Source: Bacilli bacterium
Lineage (GTDB): Bacteria; Bacillota_I; Bacilli_A; RFN20; CAG-826
Direction of reading: 5' to 3'
Assembly (NCBI GenBank): GCA_041669225.1
Contig: JBAYBO010000001.1
Span: 1 to 43,092 of the forward strand
DNA length: 43,092 bases
Shown: positions 1 through 9,320 of the stretch, in pieces
Position numbering within the stretch: the stretch's first letter is position 1
How the letters are laid out: every line of letters starts with the position of its first letter
Position numbers and translations under genes: made by a program
Notes under the pieces: generated by a model
Told to the model about the DNA's origin: nothing
Databases searched by the model: none
What the model saw: only the letters and a program-made list of their open reading frames with translations

Positions 1-48
1 GTTAGTTAGCCATGTTATTTTACCATTAATGATAATGGTATGCCAAAC

Positions 49-750
49 TTATCTTTCCCCAATATCTGCTACTCTTGAAATGACAAGAACAGATAGTGAT
101 TTTGGGGAGTGGGCTTTTATTATGTTAATACAAGCCTTGATTGTGGATCCGGTTGTCATAACATCGTCAACGAGCAAAATTTGTTTGCCTGTTATTTTAA
201 CGTCACCATTCCAAGCAATAATGTCGCCAATTTTAGCGCGTTCCGCTTGCGCAAGATCAGATTGTTTTCGGTTTTCGGTTTTTATTAGTGCCTTAAGTAT
301 TTTTAGTCCTGTCCTTTTGAAAATTTCTTCAACTTGATTGAAACCTCGTTCTTCGTCGCGACTATAGTGACTTGGCGCGGCAATGATTGAATAGCCACGA
401 AAGTTACTTCTAATCCAAGGCAAATGATAGTCAAGAAAACAAGGGGCGATTTCAATATCGCCACAGCCCTTTAACTTATATAAAACTGACTGGAAAAAGT
501 CATTGTAATCATAAATTGCCCATCCATTCACACCACAAATCTTCACCTTCTCAAAAACGGACGAGAATTGTTCCTGACATTTTTGGCAAATACAAATATC
601 CTGATGAAATATCTGATGAAGATTAATATCTTTGATTGTTTCAAAGCACAGGCGACAGAGTCTTGTTTTTGTCGCGGATTTCGCGAAGGGCTTCATCCAT
701 CCAAATCGTTTTTTTATCTGATAGAAAAATAACTTCACCTTCTGGAGCAT
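49..750 (-). CDS. comFC: ComF family competence protein (ComFC-like, phosphoribosyltransferase fold)
   Basis: 233-aa ORF. N-terminal Cys pairs (CRLCFE...CQKCQEQF) are followed by the PRTase motif ILLVDDVMTTGSTI. It lies directly downstream of comFA. An AGGAAGGA SD sits about 7 nt before ATG 750. An alternative ATG at 696 would shorten the 110-nt overlap with comFA, so the start is uncertain. Confidence 0.8.
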   Translation of the reverse strand: MLQKVKLFFYQIKKRFGWMKPFAKSATKTRLCRLCFETIKDINLHQIFHQDICICQKCQEQFSSVFEKVKICGVNGWAIYDYNDFFQSVLYKLKGCGDIEIAPCFLDYHLPWIRSNFRGYSIIAAPSHYSRDEERGFNQVEEIFKRTGLKILKALIKTENRKQSDLAQAERAKIGDIIAWNGDVKITGKQILLVDDVMTTGSTIKACINIIKAHSPKSLSVLVISRVADIGER

Positions 751-1789
751 CTTTTTTCCTTCCTACCCTGCCTGCTATTTGAATAAGGGCACTAGTTGTA
801 TAGATTTTATGGTCGCTTTCGAACACAATAACTTGAAGATTTTTAACGGTTACTCCTCGTTCTAAAACGGCTGTTGTAACAAGGTATTTGTATTCGCCCT
901 TACGAAAATCATTAATGATTTCTTGACGGTTCTCACGCTTTGAGTGAACAAAAGTTCCACCTCGCACCCACTTTGTGACAAACGATGAAAGATCTTCGCA
1001 TTTGCTTATCGTTGGAGCAAAGATGAAAACCGGCTTATTTTGACTAATAAACAAACGTAATTTACGAATGAGAAAGAAATGTTTCAAAATACCGAGCATC
1101 AAAACAATATTTGGAAGAGGCAGCGGATATCCGTGATAGCGTTTATCAATGGCAATTACTTCTCCTCCTGTCGCTTTGAACTTTGATATTTTCGACGCGG
1201 ATAAAGTTGCGGACATCATAATAAAATTACCTTTACAACTGCGCTTAAACATCGCTTCTAAAACCATATCTCCATGAAACGGGAAGGCGTCGGTTTCATC
1301 CATGATAAGAAGGTCAAAATAGTGTTCATACCGATATAGTTGATGGCAAGTTAGAACAATAATCTCTCCCTGTAAATCCTCATTATTTCCACCATAAACC
1401 GCAACTATTTTGTTTCTCGGAAATACACTTTTTAGTCGCTTATGAATTTCAATTACGACATCGCGACGAGGTATTGCAAAACCAACTTGTTTTCCGGCAA
1501 TCAAAGCTTCTTTTATAACTTCAAAAACGAGTTCGGTTTTCCCTGCACCACACACCGCATTTATTAATACATTTCGCTTATCCTTAATTGCTCTTGTAAT
1601 TCGAGATGATGCCTCGATTTGTTCTGGCGAAAGTTTATAGCGCAAAACTAATTTTGACTGATATGATTTTAGATTATTTTCGGTCGCGCTTATTCCCGAA
1701 AAAACGATACACCTTCGACAATAAGGTTGACCATTTTTATAGCCGATATAGCGCGAATCTTCATTTCCACAAAGTGAGCATTTAAACAT
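641..1789 (-). CDS. comFA: ComFA-like DEAD-box helicase/translocase (late competence protein)
   Basis: ORF 641..2008 trimmed to ATG 1789, which has AGGTGA immediately upstream and removes the overlap with rpiB. N-terminal zinc ribbon CSLCGN...CRRC, Walker A CGAGKTE, DEAD-like box IMDETD, and helicase C-terminal motifs (TTAVLERGVT, QIAGRVGR). Confidence 0.8.
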   Translation of the reverse strand: MFKCSLCGNEDSRYIGYKNGQPYCRRCIVFSGISATENNLKSYQSKLVLRYKLSPEQIEASSRITRAIKDKRNVLINAVCGAGKTELVFEVIKEALIAGKQVGFAIPRRDVVIEIHKRLKSVFPRNKIVAVYGGNNEDLQGEIIVLTCHQLYRYEHYFDLLIMDETDAFPFHGDMVLEAMFKRSCKGNFIMMSATLSASKISKFKATGGEVIAIDKRYHGYPLPLPNIVLMLGILKHFFLIRKLRLFISQNKPVFIFAPTISKCEDLSSFVTKWVRGGTFVHSKRENRQEIINDFRKGEYKYLVTTAVLERGVTVKNLQVIVFESDHKIYTTSALIQIAGRVGRKKDAPEGEVIFLSDKKTIWMDEALREIRDKNKTLSPVL

Positions 1790-1862
1790 ATCACCTAATA
1801 TATAAGGAAGAAAAAATAAAAAGCCCCGATTTTCATCGAGGCCTAAACTTATAAATATAATG

Positions 1863-2306
1863 TTATTTGTCTTTTTCGATATTTTTAATGATTTCGACAC
1901 GGTTCGCGTGACGTCCACCAGTAAATGATGTTTCAAGAAAAATGTCGACACGACGGATGACATCGTCAAGTTCCATAAATTTTTGTCCAAAAGAAATAAC
2001 ATTAGCATCGTTATGTTCCCTTAAAAGACGAGAAACGGTGTCATTATAGCCAATACCGGCGCGAACGCCCTTAACTTTATTGGCCGCAATCATGACGCCT
2101 TCACCGCTTGTACACACTAATATACCGCGGTCGGCTTCTCCGCTAGAAACTTTTTTGGCAGCCGCAACAGCGTAATCAGGATAATTAACTGATTCATTAG
2201 AAAAAGTACCGACGTCTGTTACATGGAATCCACGTTTTTCTAGATGACGCCGAATCTCGTTTTTGTATTCGAATCCACCATGGTCAGAAGCTACTACAAT
2301 GCGCAT
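1863..2306 (-). CDS. rpiB: Ribose-5-phosphate isomerase B (RpiB/LacA/LacB family)
   Basis: MRIVVASDHGGFEYKNEI... is the typical RpiB N-terminus, and the protein is about 147 aa. A GGTGGTGA SD precedes ATG 2306. The longest ORF starts at 2318, inside the tsaC stop region. Confidence 0.85.
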   Translation of the reverse strand: MRIVVASDHGGFEYKNEIRRHLEKRGFHVTDVGTFSNESVNYPDYAVAAAKKVSSGEADRGILVCTSGEGVMIAANKVKGVRAGIGYNDTVSRLLREHNDANVISFGQKFMELDDVIRRVDIFLETSFTGGRHANRVEIIKNIEKDK

Positions 2307-2307
2307 A

Positions 2308-2913
2308 TTATTCACCACCAGTCACTTTCATAATATCATCTAAGGAAATATTTCCTTCCCTTAACATAACAATTTTATCATAAGCCGCGATAACTGTCGA
2401 AGGAGTCGCACCTTTTGATTTTCCCAGAACGACAGCAGCAATTTCATTATGAAACTCAGCTATCACTTCTTCACTTGTTGTAAATGGTTTTTGATCGGCG
2501 CGATTCGCACTTGGAACCAAAAGCGGTTTGCCAACTATGCGAATCATGTTACGAACATTTTCATCATCCGGGATACGAATGCCAATATGACCAGTGCCGA
2601 GATCAACCCATTTGGGAACACCTGGCTTAGTGTTTAAAATAATTGTTAATTCACCTGGCAAAAATCGTTGAATGATTCGTCTGGCTTGTTCGTTTACAAA
2701 GGCGTATTTATCGATGTCAGAAATATCTGCACACATTAAAGTGAAAGGCTTATCTGGTATCCGCTTTTTTATTTTAACTAAATTATCAAAAGCGTTTTCA
2801 GAGTCGTGAATAATTCCGAGCCCGTAAACCGTCTCGGTTGGAAAGGCAACTATTTTTCCGGCTTGAAGAAGTTTTGTTGCTTCATCAAATTTAATACTTA
2901 AAATATTTTCCAT
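2308..2913 (-). CDS. tsaC: L-threonylcarbamoyladenylate synthase, single-domain (TsaC/YwlC, YrdC-Sua5 family)
   Basis: 201 aa with the FPTETVYGLG motif and a YrdC-like fold signature (LLVPSANR). There is no Sua5 C-terminal domain. Conserved position between prmC and rpiB. Confidence 0.8.
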   Translation of the reverse strand: MENILSIKFDEATKLLQAGKIVAFPTETVYGLGIIHDSENAFDNLVKIKKRIPDKPFTLMCADISDIDKYAFVNEQARRIIQRFLPGELTIILNTKPGVPKWVDLGTGHIGIRIPDDENVRNMIRIVGKPLLVPSANRADQKPFTTSEEVIAEFHNEIAAVVLGKSKGATPSTVIAAYDKIVMLREGNISLDDIMKVTGGE

Positions 2914-2926
2914 TGGAATAATTTTA

Positions 2927-3772
2927 CTATGCTTCTATATGAATAGAAAGAATCCGATCCTTGTTATTAATATCTTTTGTTATTTCCCATTTCGCCTTGG
3001 GAATCATCATCTGAATAAGGGTTTCAATATTGTCCTTAATGTCATGGCCAATTTCAAAAACCATGGTAAATGGATAATTACATATCGCTTGATACATCAT
3101 AAAAATTTTTTTATAAAAACTTAATTCGCCGCTATCAACAAGAGCGAGGTATGGTTCATACTTGATAACACTCGGTTCAATCTCCATGAGGTTTGTAATA
3201 TAAGGGGGATTCGAAACAAGAACATCGATTTTAATATTTTGAAAAAGAAGTGGCTCTAAGACATCGCCCTGAATAAGTGAAATTTCTTCATTGTGCAATT
3301 TTGCATTTTCACTCGTTACTTCCAAGGCGTCTTTTGAAACATCGGTTGCGACTATTTTCGCTTTCGGAAAGGCTTTTTTTAGGGTGATAGCGATTATCCC
3401 AGAACCGGTACCAATATCGGCGATAGTCAGGTTATCGGGATTGTGACTCTGCTTAATGATTTGAATTGCTTTGCTTACAACTTCTTCGGTTTCCATTCGC
3501 GGAATTAAAACGCGGTTATCGACAAAGAAGTCGCGCTTCAAAAAACACGCTTTTTGAATAATATATTGATATGGTTCTCCATTTAGAAAACGTGCCAAAT
3601 AGGCTCTAAAAAGAGGCAAATCCCTGATTTCTTCATTTTTTTTCATATAAAAATCAGACATCTCATCATGTCCTTGAATTTCACAAATCAAAGCTCTTAA
3701 AGCGATTTCGTTCTTACGAGCAAACTCGGATTCACGAACAACGTTTTCGTATAAATCATAAATGCTCGGCAT
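2927..3772 (-). CDS. prmC: Release-factor glutamine N5-methyltransferase
   Basis: SAM-binding DIGTGSG and catalytic NPPY (VSNPPYI). It lies directly downstream of prfA with a 1-nt gap. Confidence 0.9.
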   Translation of the reverse strand: MPSIYDLYENVVRESEFARKNEIALRALICEIQGHDEMSDFYMKKNEEIRDLPLFRAYLARFLNGEPYQYIIQKACFLKRDFFVDNRVLIPRMETEEVVSKAIQIIKQSHNPDNLTIADIGTGSGIIAITLKKAFPKAKIVATDVSKDALEVTSENAKLHNEEISLIQGDVLEPLLFQNIKIDVLVSNPPYITNLMEIEPSVIKYEPYLALVDSGELSFYKKIFMMYQAICNYPFTMVFEIGHDIKDNIETLIQMMIPKAKWEITKDINNKDRILSIHIEA

Positions 3773-3773
3773 A

Positions 3774-4847
3774 TTATTCGCCCAACATTTTTTGTTGCTG
3801 GTCGTAATGAACTAAAGCATCGACAACCTCATCGAGGTCGCCTTCCATTATTCGATCAAGTTTTTGTAAATTAAGTGAAATGCGATGATCAGTCACACGG
3901 TTTTGCGGATAATTGTACGTTCTGATTTTTTCACTTCTTTCACCGGTTCCGACTTTTAGTTTACGTTCAGTACCCATTTTTTCTTCTTGCTCAGCCTGCA
4001 AGTTACTAAGAATTTTTGCTCTTAACATGCGCATTGCTATTTCACGATTTTGCATTTGCGATTTTTCTGTTTGACACGAAACAACAATACCGGATGGAAC
4101 GTGGGTAATGCGAACAGCGCTTTCGGTTTTATTAACGTTTTGACCACCCGCTCCTTGAGAACGATATGTATCGACTTCCAAATCACTTGCATTAATCACG
4201 ACTTCGATTTCATCTGCTTCAGGAATAACGAGGACTGTCGACGTTGACGTATGAATACGTCCAGAGGCTTCGGTGCGAGGAATTCTTTGAACGCGATGAG
4301 CACCGCTTTCAAATTTTAATTTAGAGTATACGCCGGCACCTTTAATCATAAAAGAAACAAGCGAATAACCACCGGCACCCGATGAGTTCTCATCAATCAT
4401 TTGGACTTTCCAGTTATTTCGTTCGGCGTACCTTGTGTACATGCGAAATAAATCACCGGCAAAAATATTTGCTTCATCGCCACCAACCGCTCCACGAATT
4501 TCGACGATGATATTTTTGTCATCGTTTGGGTCCTTCGGCACAAGCATTAGATGTAACTCTTCTTCAATTGCTTCAAGTTTGTGATTGAGTGTATGAAGTT
4601 CTTCTTTGCCGAGTTCTGCTAATTCATCATCGCTATCATCAATCATAGCGAGAGCTTCTCCGCGCTGGTTTAAAAACTTGGCATATTCATCATATTTATC
4701 GCAAATATCAGCTATGTTTGAGCGTTCTTTTGAAAGGCTTTTGAAATGCGAAATATCCCGCATAACATATTCATTAGCAAGTTCTTCATCAATTTCTGCT
4801 AAACGCTTCTTAGTCGCGTCTAGACGTTTTATCATGCTATCTTCCAT
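3774..4847 (-). CDS. prfA: Peptide chain release factor 1
   Basis: GGQ motif (GAGGQNVNK), a PxT-type tripeptide (PRT) and RF-1 family sequence throughout. A GAGGAG SD lies 5-6 nt before ATG 4847. The ORF track starts at GTG 4853. Confidence 0.93.
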   Translation of the reverse strand: MEDSMIKRLDATKKRLAEIDEELANEYVMRDISHFKSLSKERSNIADICDKYDEYAKFLNQRGEALAMIDDSDDELAELGKEELHTLNHKLEAIEEELHLMLVPKDPNDDKNIIVEIRGAVGGDEANIFAGDLFRMYTRYAERNNWKVQMIDENSSGAGGYSLVSFMIKGAGVYSKLKFESGAHRVQRIPRTEASGRIHTSTSTVLVIPEADEIEVVINASDLEVDTYRSQGAGGQNVNKTESAVRITHVPSGIVVSCQTEKSQMQNREIAMRMLRAKILSNLQAEQEEKMGTERKLKVGTGERSEKIRTYNYPQNRVTDHRISLNLQKLDRIMEGDLDEVVDALVHYDQQQKMLGE

Positions 4848-4946
4848 ATACACTCCTCAGCAGCGGTGTGATTATACCATATCCAACCTTTTCTATAAAG
4901 TGTTAGTTTTTTGGCTTAATATTAATATTAAAACGTGATTAATGTC

Positions 4947-4975
4947 TTTAATCAAACTGTATAAATATGTATAAT
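4947..4975 (+). promoter_or_regulatory. Candidate sigma-A promoter for dnaX operon
   Basis: Perfect -10 TATAAT at 4970-4975 with a weak -35 (TTTAAT/TTAATC) at 16-17 nt spacing. The AGGA SD and ATG 4994 follow. Confidence 0.3.
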
Positions 4976-4993
4976 TACCAATAGGATAAAGAA

Positions 4994-6808
4994 ATGGCAT
5001 ATAAAGCTCTCTACAGGACTTATCGCCCCAAAACCTTTTTAGAGGTGGCGGGCCAAAAACACATCGTTAAGACGATTGAAAATGCATTGGCTAACAACAA
5101 GATCGCTCATGCATATCTTTTTTGCGGTCCGCGCGGCACGGGCAAGACTTCCATGGCAAAACTTTTTGCTAAGTCTTTAAACTGTGAGGAAAGCTTTGGC
5201 CATCAATGCAATCAATGTGGCAATTGTCTCAGCGTTAACGATGGCTCTCATCCTGATGTCATTGAAATCGACGCCGCCAGCAACAATGGTGTTGAAGAAG
5301 TTCGCGACTTAATTGAAAAAGTCAAATACTTACCAATCAAAGGTAAATACAAAGTATATATTATCGACGAGGTTCATATGATGACCAGTGGAGCCTTTAA
5401 TGCTTTACTCAAAACGCTTGAAGAACCACCCGCTCATGTTGTTTTTATTCTAGCAACAACCGAGCCACATAAAGTCATACCAACAATTGTTTCGCGCTGC
5501 CAGCGCTATGACTTCACCAAAGTCGAAGATGACGCTATCCGCGAAAAAATGGTGGAAATACTTAATCTTGAGGAAATCAATTATGATATTCCGGCGATTA
5601 ATGCAATTATCGACCTCGCTGATGGTGGGGTTCGCGATGCGCTTTCAATACTTGAACACGTTCTAGCCTACGCAGGGAACACAATTAAAGAAAAAGACGT
5701 GTTTGATCTTTTTGGACTTGCCTCCACTAAGGAAAAATTAGATTTAGTTAAGGCTATTGCCAAAGGCGATGTTAAAGATGTTTTGAAAAGAATGGAATCA
5801 TTTATCGCTTCTGGCATCGATATCAAAAGGTTGACGACAAACCTTCTCGACGTTTTAAAAGATGCCCTTATTTATAGCAGAACCGAAGAACAAATTCTTC
5901 TTTCGGTTTTGACTGAAAAAGATGTTTTATCATTAATCGAATTAATAAGTGTTGATCGTTTAAACGAAATGATTGAAATACTGCTTAAAGCCCAAAATGA
6001 CTTTAAGGTTGTTTCAAACATTCGTTCGCTGTTCGAGTTAGTTTTACTTCGCCTTACAACTTCCTCAGTTAAAAAAGTGCCAATTGATGATGATACTGTT
6101 CATGAAATTAGAAAACCTGACAATAAGTCGATTGTTAAGCAAGAAGCCAAAAAGGAAGATTCAATTATAAAAAAGATTGAACCAGTCACAATCGATACAC
6201 TACAACCTGAGATAGAAAGACTAATTGAACAACCAAAAGCGATTGAGCCCGCACCACTTGTCGAAACGAATGGTTCGACAGTTCCATCGTGGCTTCTTGA
6301 AGACGAGATGGCAATTGACGAAAAAAATAGACCAGCAATCGAAGTCAAAAGCAAAGACAAGAATCAACCAAGCCAGTGCACAATTAATGTCGCTGGTGAG
6401 AAAAATACGCTTGATGATGAGACGCTGATAAAGATTATGGTTCTCGGAGATAAAGAGGAACGACAAAATATTAGCAAAAAATGGGATGAATTCAATGGTT
6501 TAGTCGCTCATCCCCGTTATGGACTAGTCGCATCTCTTCTTAAAGATGGAAGACCATATATCGTCGCTAAAAATGTTCTCGTTCTTGAATACGACTTCGA
6601 TTGTCTAGCAGAAAGAATTAACATTACGACCAACCAAGAAGCGATAGTCGAATTAATGAAGGGCATAGTCGGTCGCGAATTATTTGTTTATGCTATTGTA
6701 AGAAGCGAAGCTTTACGATTACAAAAATCATTCTTTAACCTTAGACAACTTAATCGCTTGCCAAAAGCAAAAGATATCCAATTAGACCTTAAAGGAGCAA
6801 CTATATGA
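4994..6808 (+). CDS. dnaX: DNA polymerase III subunit tau/gamma
   Basis: AAA+ clamp-loader N-terminus (GPRGTGKTS), zinc module CEESFGHQCNQCGNC, SRC motif (VSRCQRYDF), and a low-complexity linker followed by the C-terminal tau domain. Confidence 0.95.
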   Translation: MAYKALYRTYRPKTFLEVAGQKHIVKTIENALANNKIAHAYLFCGPRGTGKTSMAKLFAKSLNCEESFGHQCNQCGNCLSVNDGSHPDVIEIDAASNNGVEEVRDLIEKVKYLPIKGKYKVYIIDEVHMMTSGAFNALLKTLEEPPAHVVFILATTEPHKVIPTIVSRCQRYDFTKVEDDAIREKMVEILNLEEINYDIPAINAIIDLADGGVRDALSILEHVLAYAGNTIKEKDVFDLFGLASTKEKLDLVKAIAKGDVKDVLKRMESFIASGIDIKRLTTNLLDVLKDALIYSRTEEQILLSVLTEKDVLSLIELISVDRLNEMIEILLKAQNDFKVVSNIRSLFELVLLRLTTSSVKKVPIDDDTVHEIRKPDNKSIVKQEAKKEDSIIKKIEPVTIDTLQPEIERLIEQPKAIEPAPLVETNGSTVPSWLLEDEMAIDEKNRPAIEVKSKDKNQPSQCTINVAGEKNTLDDETLIKIMVLGDKEERQNISKKWDEFNGLVAHPRYGLVASLLKDGRPYIVAKNVLVLEYDFDCLAERINITTNQEAIVELMKGIVGRELFVYAIVRSEALRLQKSFFNLRQLNRLPKAKDIQLDLKGATI

Positions 6809-7110
6809 ACATGCAAAATTTATTAGCGCAAGCCCAAAAAATGCAGCGTGAACTAAAAAAAGCCCAGGAAGACTTAGCCCAGGAAGAGTTCTCTGTTTCA
6901 AAGGGTGGAGCAGTAACTGTCGTTTTTTATGGAGACCGCAAAATCAAAAAAATCGATATCGATTCCGCAGCTCTTGAAGTCGATAACAAAGAGATGATTG
7001 AAGAGATGCTTAAACTTGCCATCGATGAAGCGTTAAAGAATATCAAACTGGCCGAAGACGAAATTAATGTGCGCATTACGGGCCGTGCCGAAGGAATGTT
7101 AGGTTTCTAA
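6805..7110 (+). CDS. ybaB: YbaB/EbfC family nucleoid-associated protein
   Basis: 101 aa with the MQNLLAQAQKMQRELKKAQEDL... signature. Canonical position between dnaX and recR, with start and stop overlaps on both sides. Confidence 0.9.
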   Translation: MNMQNLLAQAQKMQRELKKAQEDLAQEEFSVSKGGAVTVVFYGDRKIKKIDIDSAALEVDNKEMIEEMLKLAIDEALKNIKLAEDEINVRITGRAEGMLGF

Positions 7111-7706
7111 TGAAAGATTTAAAATCTTTGACACGTTTAATCGAATCTTTCAACAAACTTCCGAGTGTCGGACGAAAATCAGCTGAAAGAATGGCTTTGG
7201 CCATTTTGGAAATGGATGAAGAAAACGTCAAAGAATTTTCTCTAGCTTTAGAAGGAGTAAAAAAAGCGATTCATTCCTGTCCCATTTGCGGTCTTTATAC
7301 TGAAGATGAAAAATGTGAAATTTGTTGCGATGAAGATAGGGACGAAAAGACACTTATTGTCGTCTCTTCTTACCGCGATGTTTATGCTTTCGAAAAACTC
7401 AATTCCTTCAAAGGTCGCTATCACATTCTCGGCGGAGTATTAAGTGCTGTCGCCGGAATTGGAATCGAAGACTTAAATATTGATTCGCTTTTAGAAAGAA
7501 TTGAAAACAATCATGTCCAAGAAATAATTTTGGCCACCAACCCGACCATCGAAGGAGAGACGACTGCGCTTTTTATTGGCAAACTACTCGAAGGTAAAGG
7601 CGTTGAAGTCACGCGACTAGCATACGGGCTTCCAATGGGTGGACACGTTGATTATGCCGATTCGCTAACACTTAACAAAGCGCTTGAAGGTCGCCGTAAA
7701 CTATAG
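7110..7706 (+). CDS. recR: Recombination protein RecR
   Basis: HhH N-terminus (LPSVGRKSAERMA), C4 zinc finger CPICG...CEIC, and a Toprim domain. Confidence 0.95.
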   Translation: MKDLKSLTRLIESFNKLPSVGRKSAERMALAILEMDEENVKEFSLALEGVKKAIHSCPICGLYTEDEKCEICCDEDRDEKTLIVVSSYRDVYAFEKLNSFKGRYHILGGVLSAVAGIGIEDLNIDSLLERIENNHVQEIILATNPTIEGETTALFIGKLLEGKGVEVTRLAYGLPMGGHVDYADSLTLNKALEGRRKL

Positions 7707-7717
7707 GAGGAATCATT

Positions 7718-8353
7718 ATGTTTATTACATTTGAAGGTCCAGAAGGTAGCGGTAAAACTAGTGTCGCTAACGAAATAGTCCGCATTCTTATATCCAAAGG
7801 ATATGATGTTTTGTATACTCGCGAACCAGGTGGAACGCCAATCGCCGAAGAAATTCGCAATATCATTCTCGATAAAAAGAATACTGCGCTTGACGCTCGG
7901 GCTGAGGCTTTACTTTATGCCGCTAGCCGCCGACAGCACCTTGTTGAAAAGGTTTGGCCGGCTCTTAACGAAGGTAAAATTGTTATTAGTGATCGTTTCC
8001 TCGATTCATCTTTAGCCTATCAAGGCGCTGGGCGAAATATCGGCGTTGACAATGTTTTAAATATCAATCTATTTGCCACCGAAGGCACATATCCGGATTT
8101 AACCTTGCTTTTTGACATAACACCCGAAAAGGGTTTGGAGCGCATTGCCATCAATAAAAAGAGAGAGGTTAACCGTTTAGATCTCGAGGCCCTTGATTTT
8201 CATCGTCAGGTTCGTGAAGCTTTTCTCGAACTGGCCAAAAAATATCAGGATCGCTATGTTATAATCGATGCTTCAAAAACCCTTCCGGAAGTTGTTGGGG
8301 CGGCTCTAAACGTGATTCAAAGTCGCTTGGAGCAAAAGCATGCTCGCCTCTGA
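7718..8353 (+). CDS. tmk: Thymidylate kinase
   Basis: P-loop FEGPEGSGKTS and the DRF/LID region (ISDRFLDSSLAYQG). An AGGAGGAA SD lies upstream. Confidence 0.93.
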   Translation: MFITFEGPEGSGKTSVANEIVRILISKGYDVLYTREPGGTPIAEEIRNIILDKKNTALDARAEALLYAASRRQHLVEKVWPALNEGKIVISDRFLDSSLAYQGAGRNIGVDNVLNINLFATEGTYPDLTLLFDITPEKGLERIAINKKREVNRLDLEALDFHRQVREAFLELAKKYQDRYVIIDASKTLPEVVGAALNVIQSRLEQKHARL

Positions 8354-9320
8354 ATACATTAAAAAATACCAAAGCGTTTTATATAAAGTTTTTTCAAACG
8401 CCATCCAAACCGATAAGCTGACCCACGCTTATCTTCTTTCTGGTGAGCCTGGTACGCCCCTTAAGGATGTCGCTTTATATCTTGCTAAATCACTCGTTTG
8501 CGATATGCCGGAACCTCTTGCGTGTGAAAGATGTTTAACATGTATTCGCATTGAAGACGGAAGTTTTGCGGACTTAATGATATACGATGGCCAAGAATCA
8601 ACGATTAAGAAGAACGATGTCAGCGAAATAACTTCTAACTTTGAAAAAACGGCTCTCGAAGCCAAAGGCATCATGATTTATATCCTTCATCTTGTGGAAA
8701 ATATGACGAGCGAGGCCGTTAATTCCTTGCTTAAGTTTCTTGAAGAGCCGGGTAAAAATGTCTATGCTTTCTTAACAACGGAAAATGAGGCCAAGGTTCT
8801 TCCAACCATCATTTCTCGGACGCAAGTACTACATTTAAAAACGATTGATAAACAACAACTTATTGAAGAGTCTATCAAGCAAGGTTGTCCTCGCGAAGAT
8901 GCCGAAATTCTCAGTTTCTTTTTAAATGATCCCACAACGATTCTCAAAACCTTTCAAAGTCAGGAATATATCGATGCGAAAACTGCTTTGATAAAACAAC
9001 TCGAGGCTTTGCGATATACAAAAGAAGAAGCGATTTTTGTCTCGCAAAAAGACATATCGCCAACCATCAGGAGTAAAGAAGCGGCTCGCTTTTACCTCGA
9101 TATGTTAACGATTGTTTTTCAAGACTTGCTGAATATCCGTGTTAACAATCGCATAACTTTAACTAGTTATGATAGTATATTACGTGAGTTAGCCAGGCGC
9201 CTGCCTCATCTTGATGAAACTTTAATCGAAATTATGACCTCACGTGGCAAGCTCGATTTAAATGTTAATGTGGCCCTGCTACTTGATCATGTCATCATTG
9301 CCATTACGAAGGAGAAATAA
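8340..9320 (+). CDS. holB: DNA polymerase III subunit delta-prime
   Basis: Clamp-loader fold with a degenerate P-loop (YLLSGEPGT, no Lys), zinc module CERCLTC and SRT motif (ISRTQVL). It overlaps the tmk 3' end by 14 nt. Confidence 0.88.
   Translation: MLASEYIKKYQSVLYKVFSNAIQTDKLTHAYLLSGEPGTPLKDVALYLAKSLVCDMPEPLACERCLTCIRIEDGSFADLMIYDGQESTIKKNDVSEITSNFEKTALEAKGIMIYILHLVENMTSEAVNSLLKFLEEPGKNVYAFLTTENEAKVLPTIISRTQVLHLKTIDKQQLIEESIKQGCPREDAEILSFFLNDPTTILKTFQSQEYIDAKTALIKQLEALRYTKEEAIFVSQKDISPTIRSKEAARFYLDMLTIVFQDLLNIRVNNRITLTSYDSILRELARRLPHLDETLIEIMTSRGKLDLNVNVALLLDHVIIAITKEK

Noticed and set aside
21-40. TACCATTA-ATGA-TAATGGTA hairpin downstream of comFC as a terminator.
   Set aside because: On the transcribed (minus) strand it is followed by an A-rich rather than U-rich tract, and the stem is AT-rich. 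It also lies at the window edge, so its context cannot be judged.
29-337. 102-aa plus-strand ORF at the left edge. Similar ORFs occur at 2449-2637, 2939-3124, 4050-4247 and 4606-4938.
   Set aside because: These ORFs lie entirely antisense to well-supported conserved genes (comFC, tsaC, prmC, prfA). Their composition is low-complexity, shadow-frame type. They have no SD and no recognisable motifs.
1790-2008. N-terminal extension of the comFA ORF, 73 aa overlapping the 3' end of rpiB.
   Set aside because: The extension has no similarity to ComFA. The conserved zinc ribbon begins at the Met encoded at 1789, which has AGGTGA upstream. Using the long start would create a 146-nt overlap with rpiB.
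4854-4993. Possible SRP (scRNA) gene or DnaA-box cluster in the prfA/dnaX divergent region. In B. subtilis scr lies upstream of dnaX.
   Set aside because: Only about 140 nt are available and they are AT-rich. There is no conserved SRP domain-IV-like helix and no TTATCCACA-type boxes (best match 6/9). The region is better explained by two divergent promoters.
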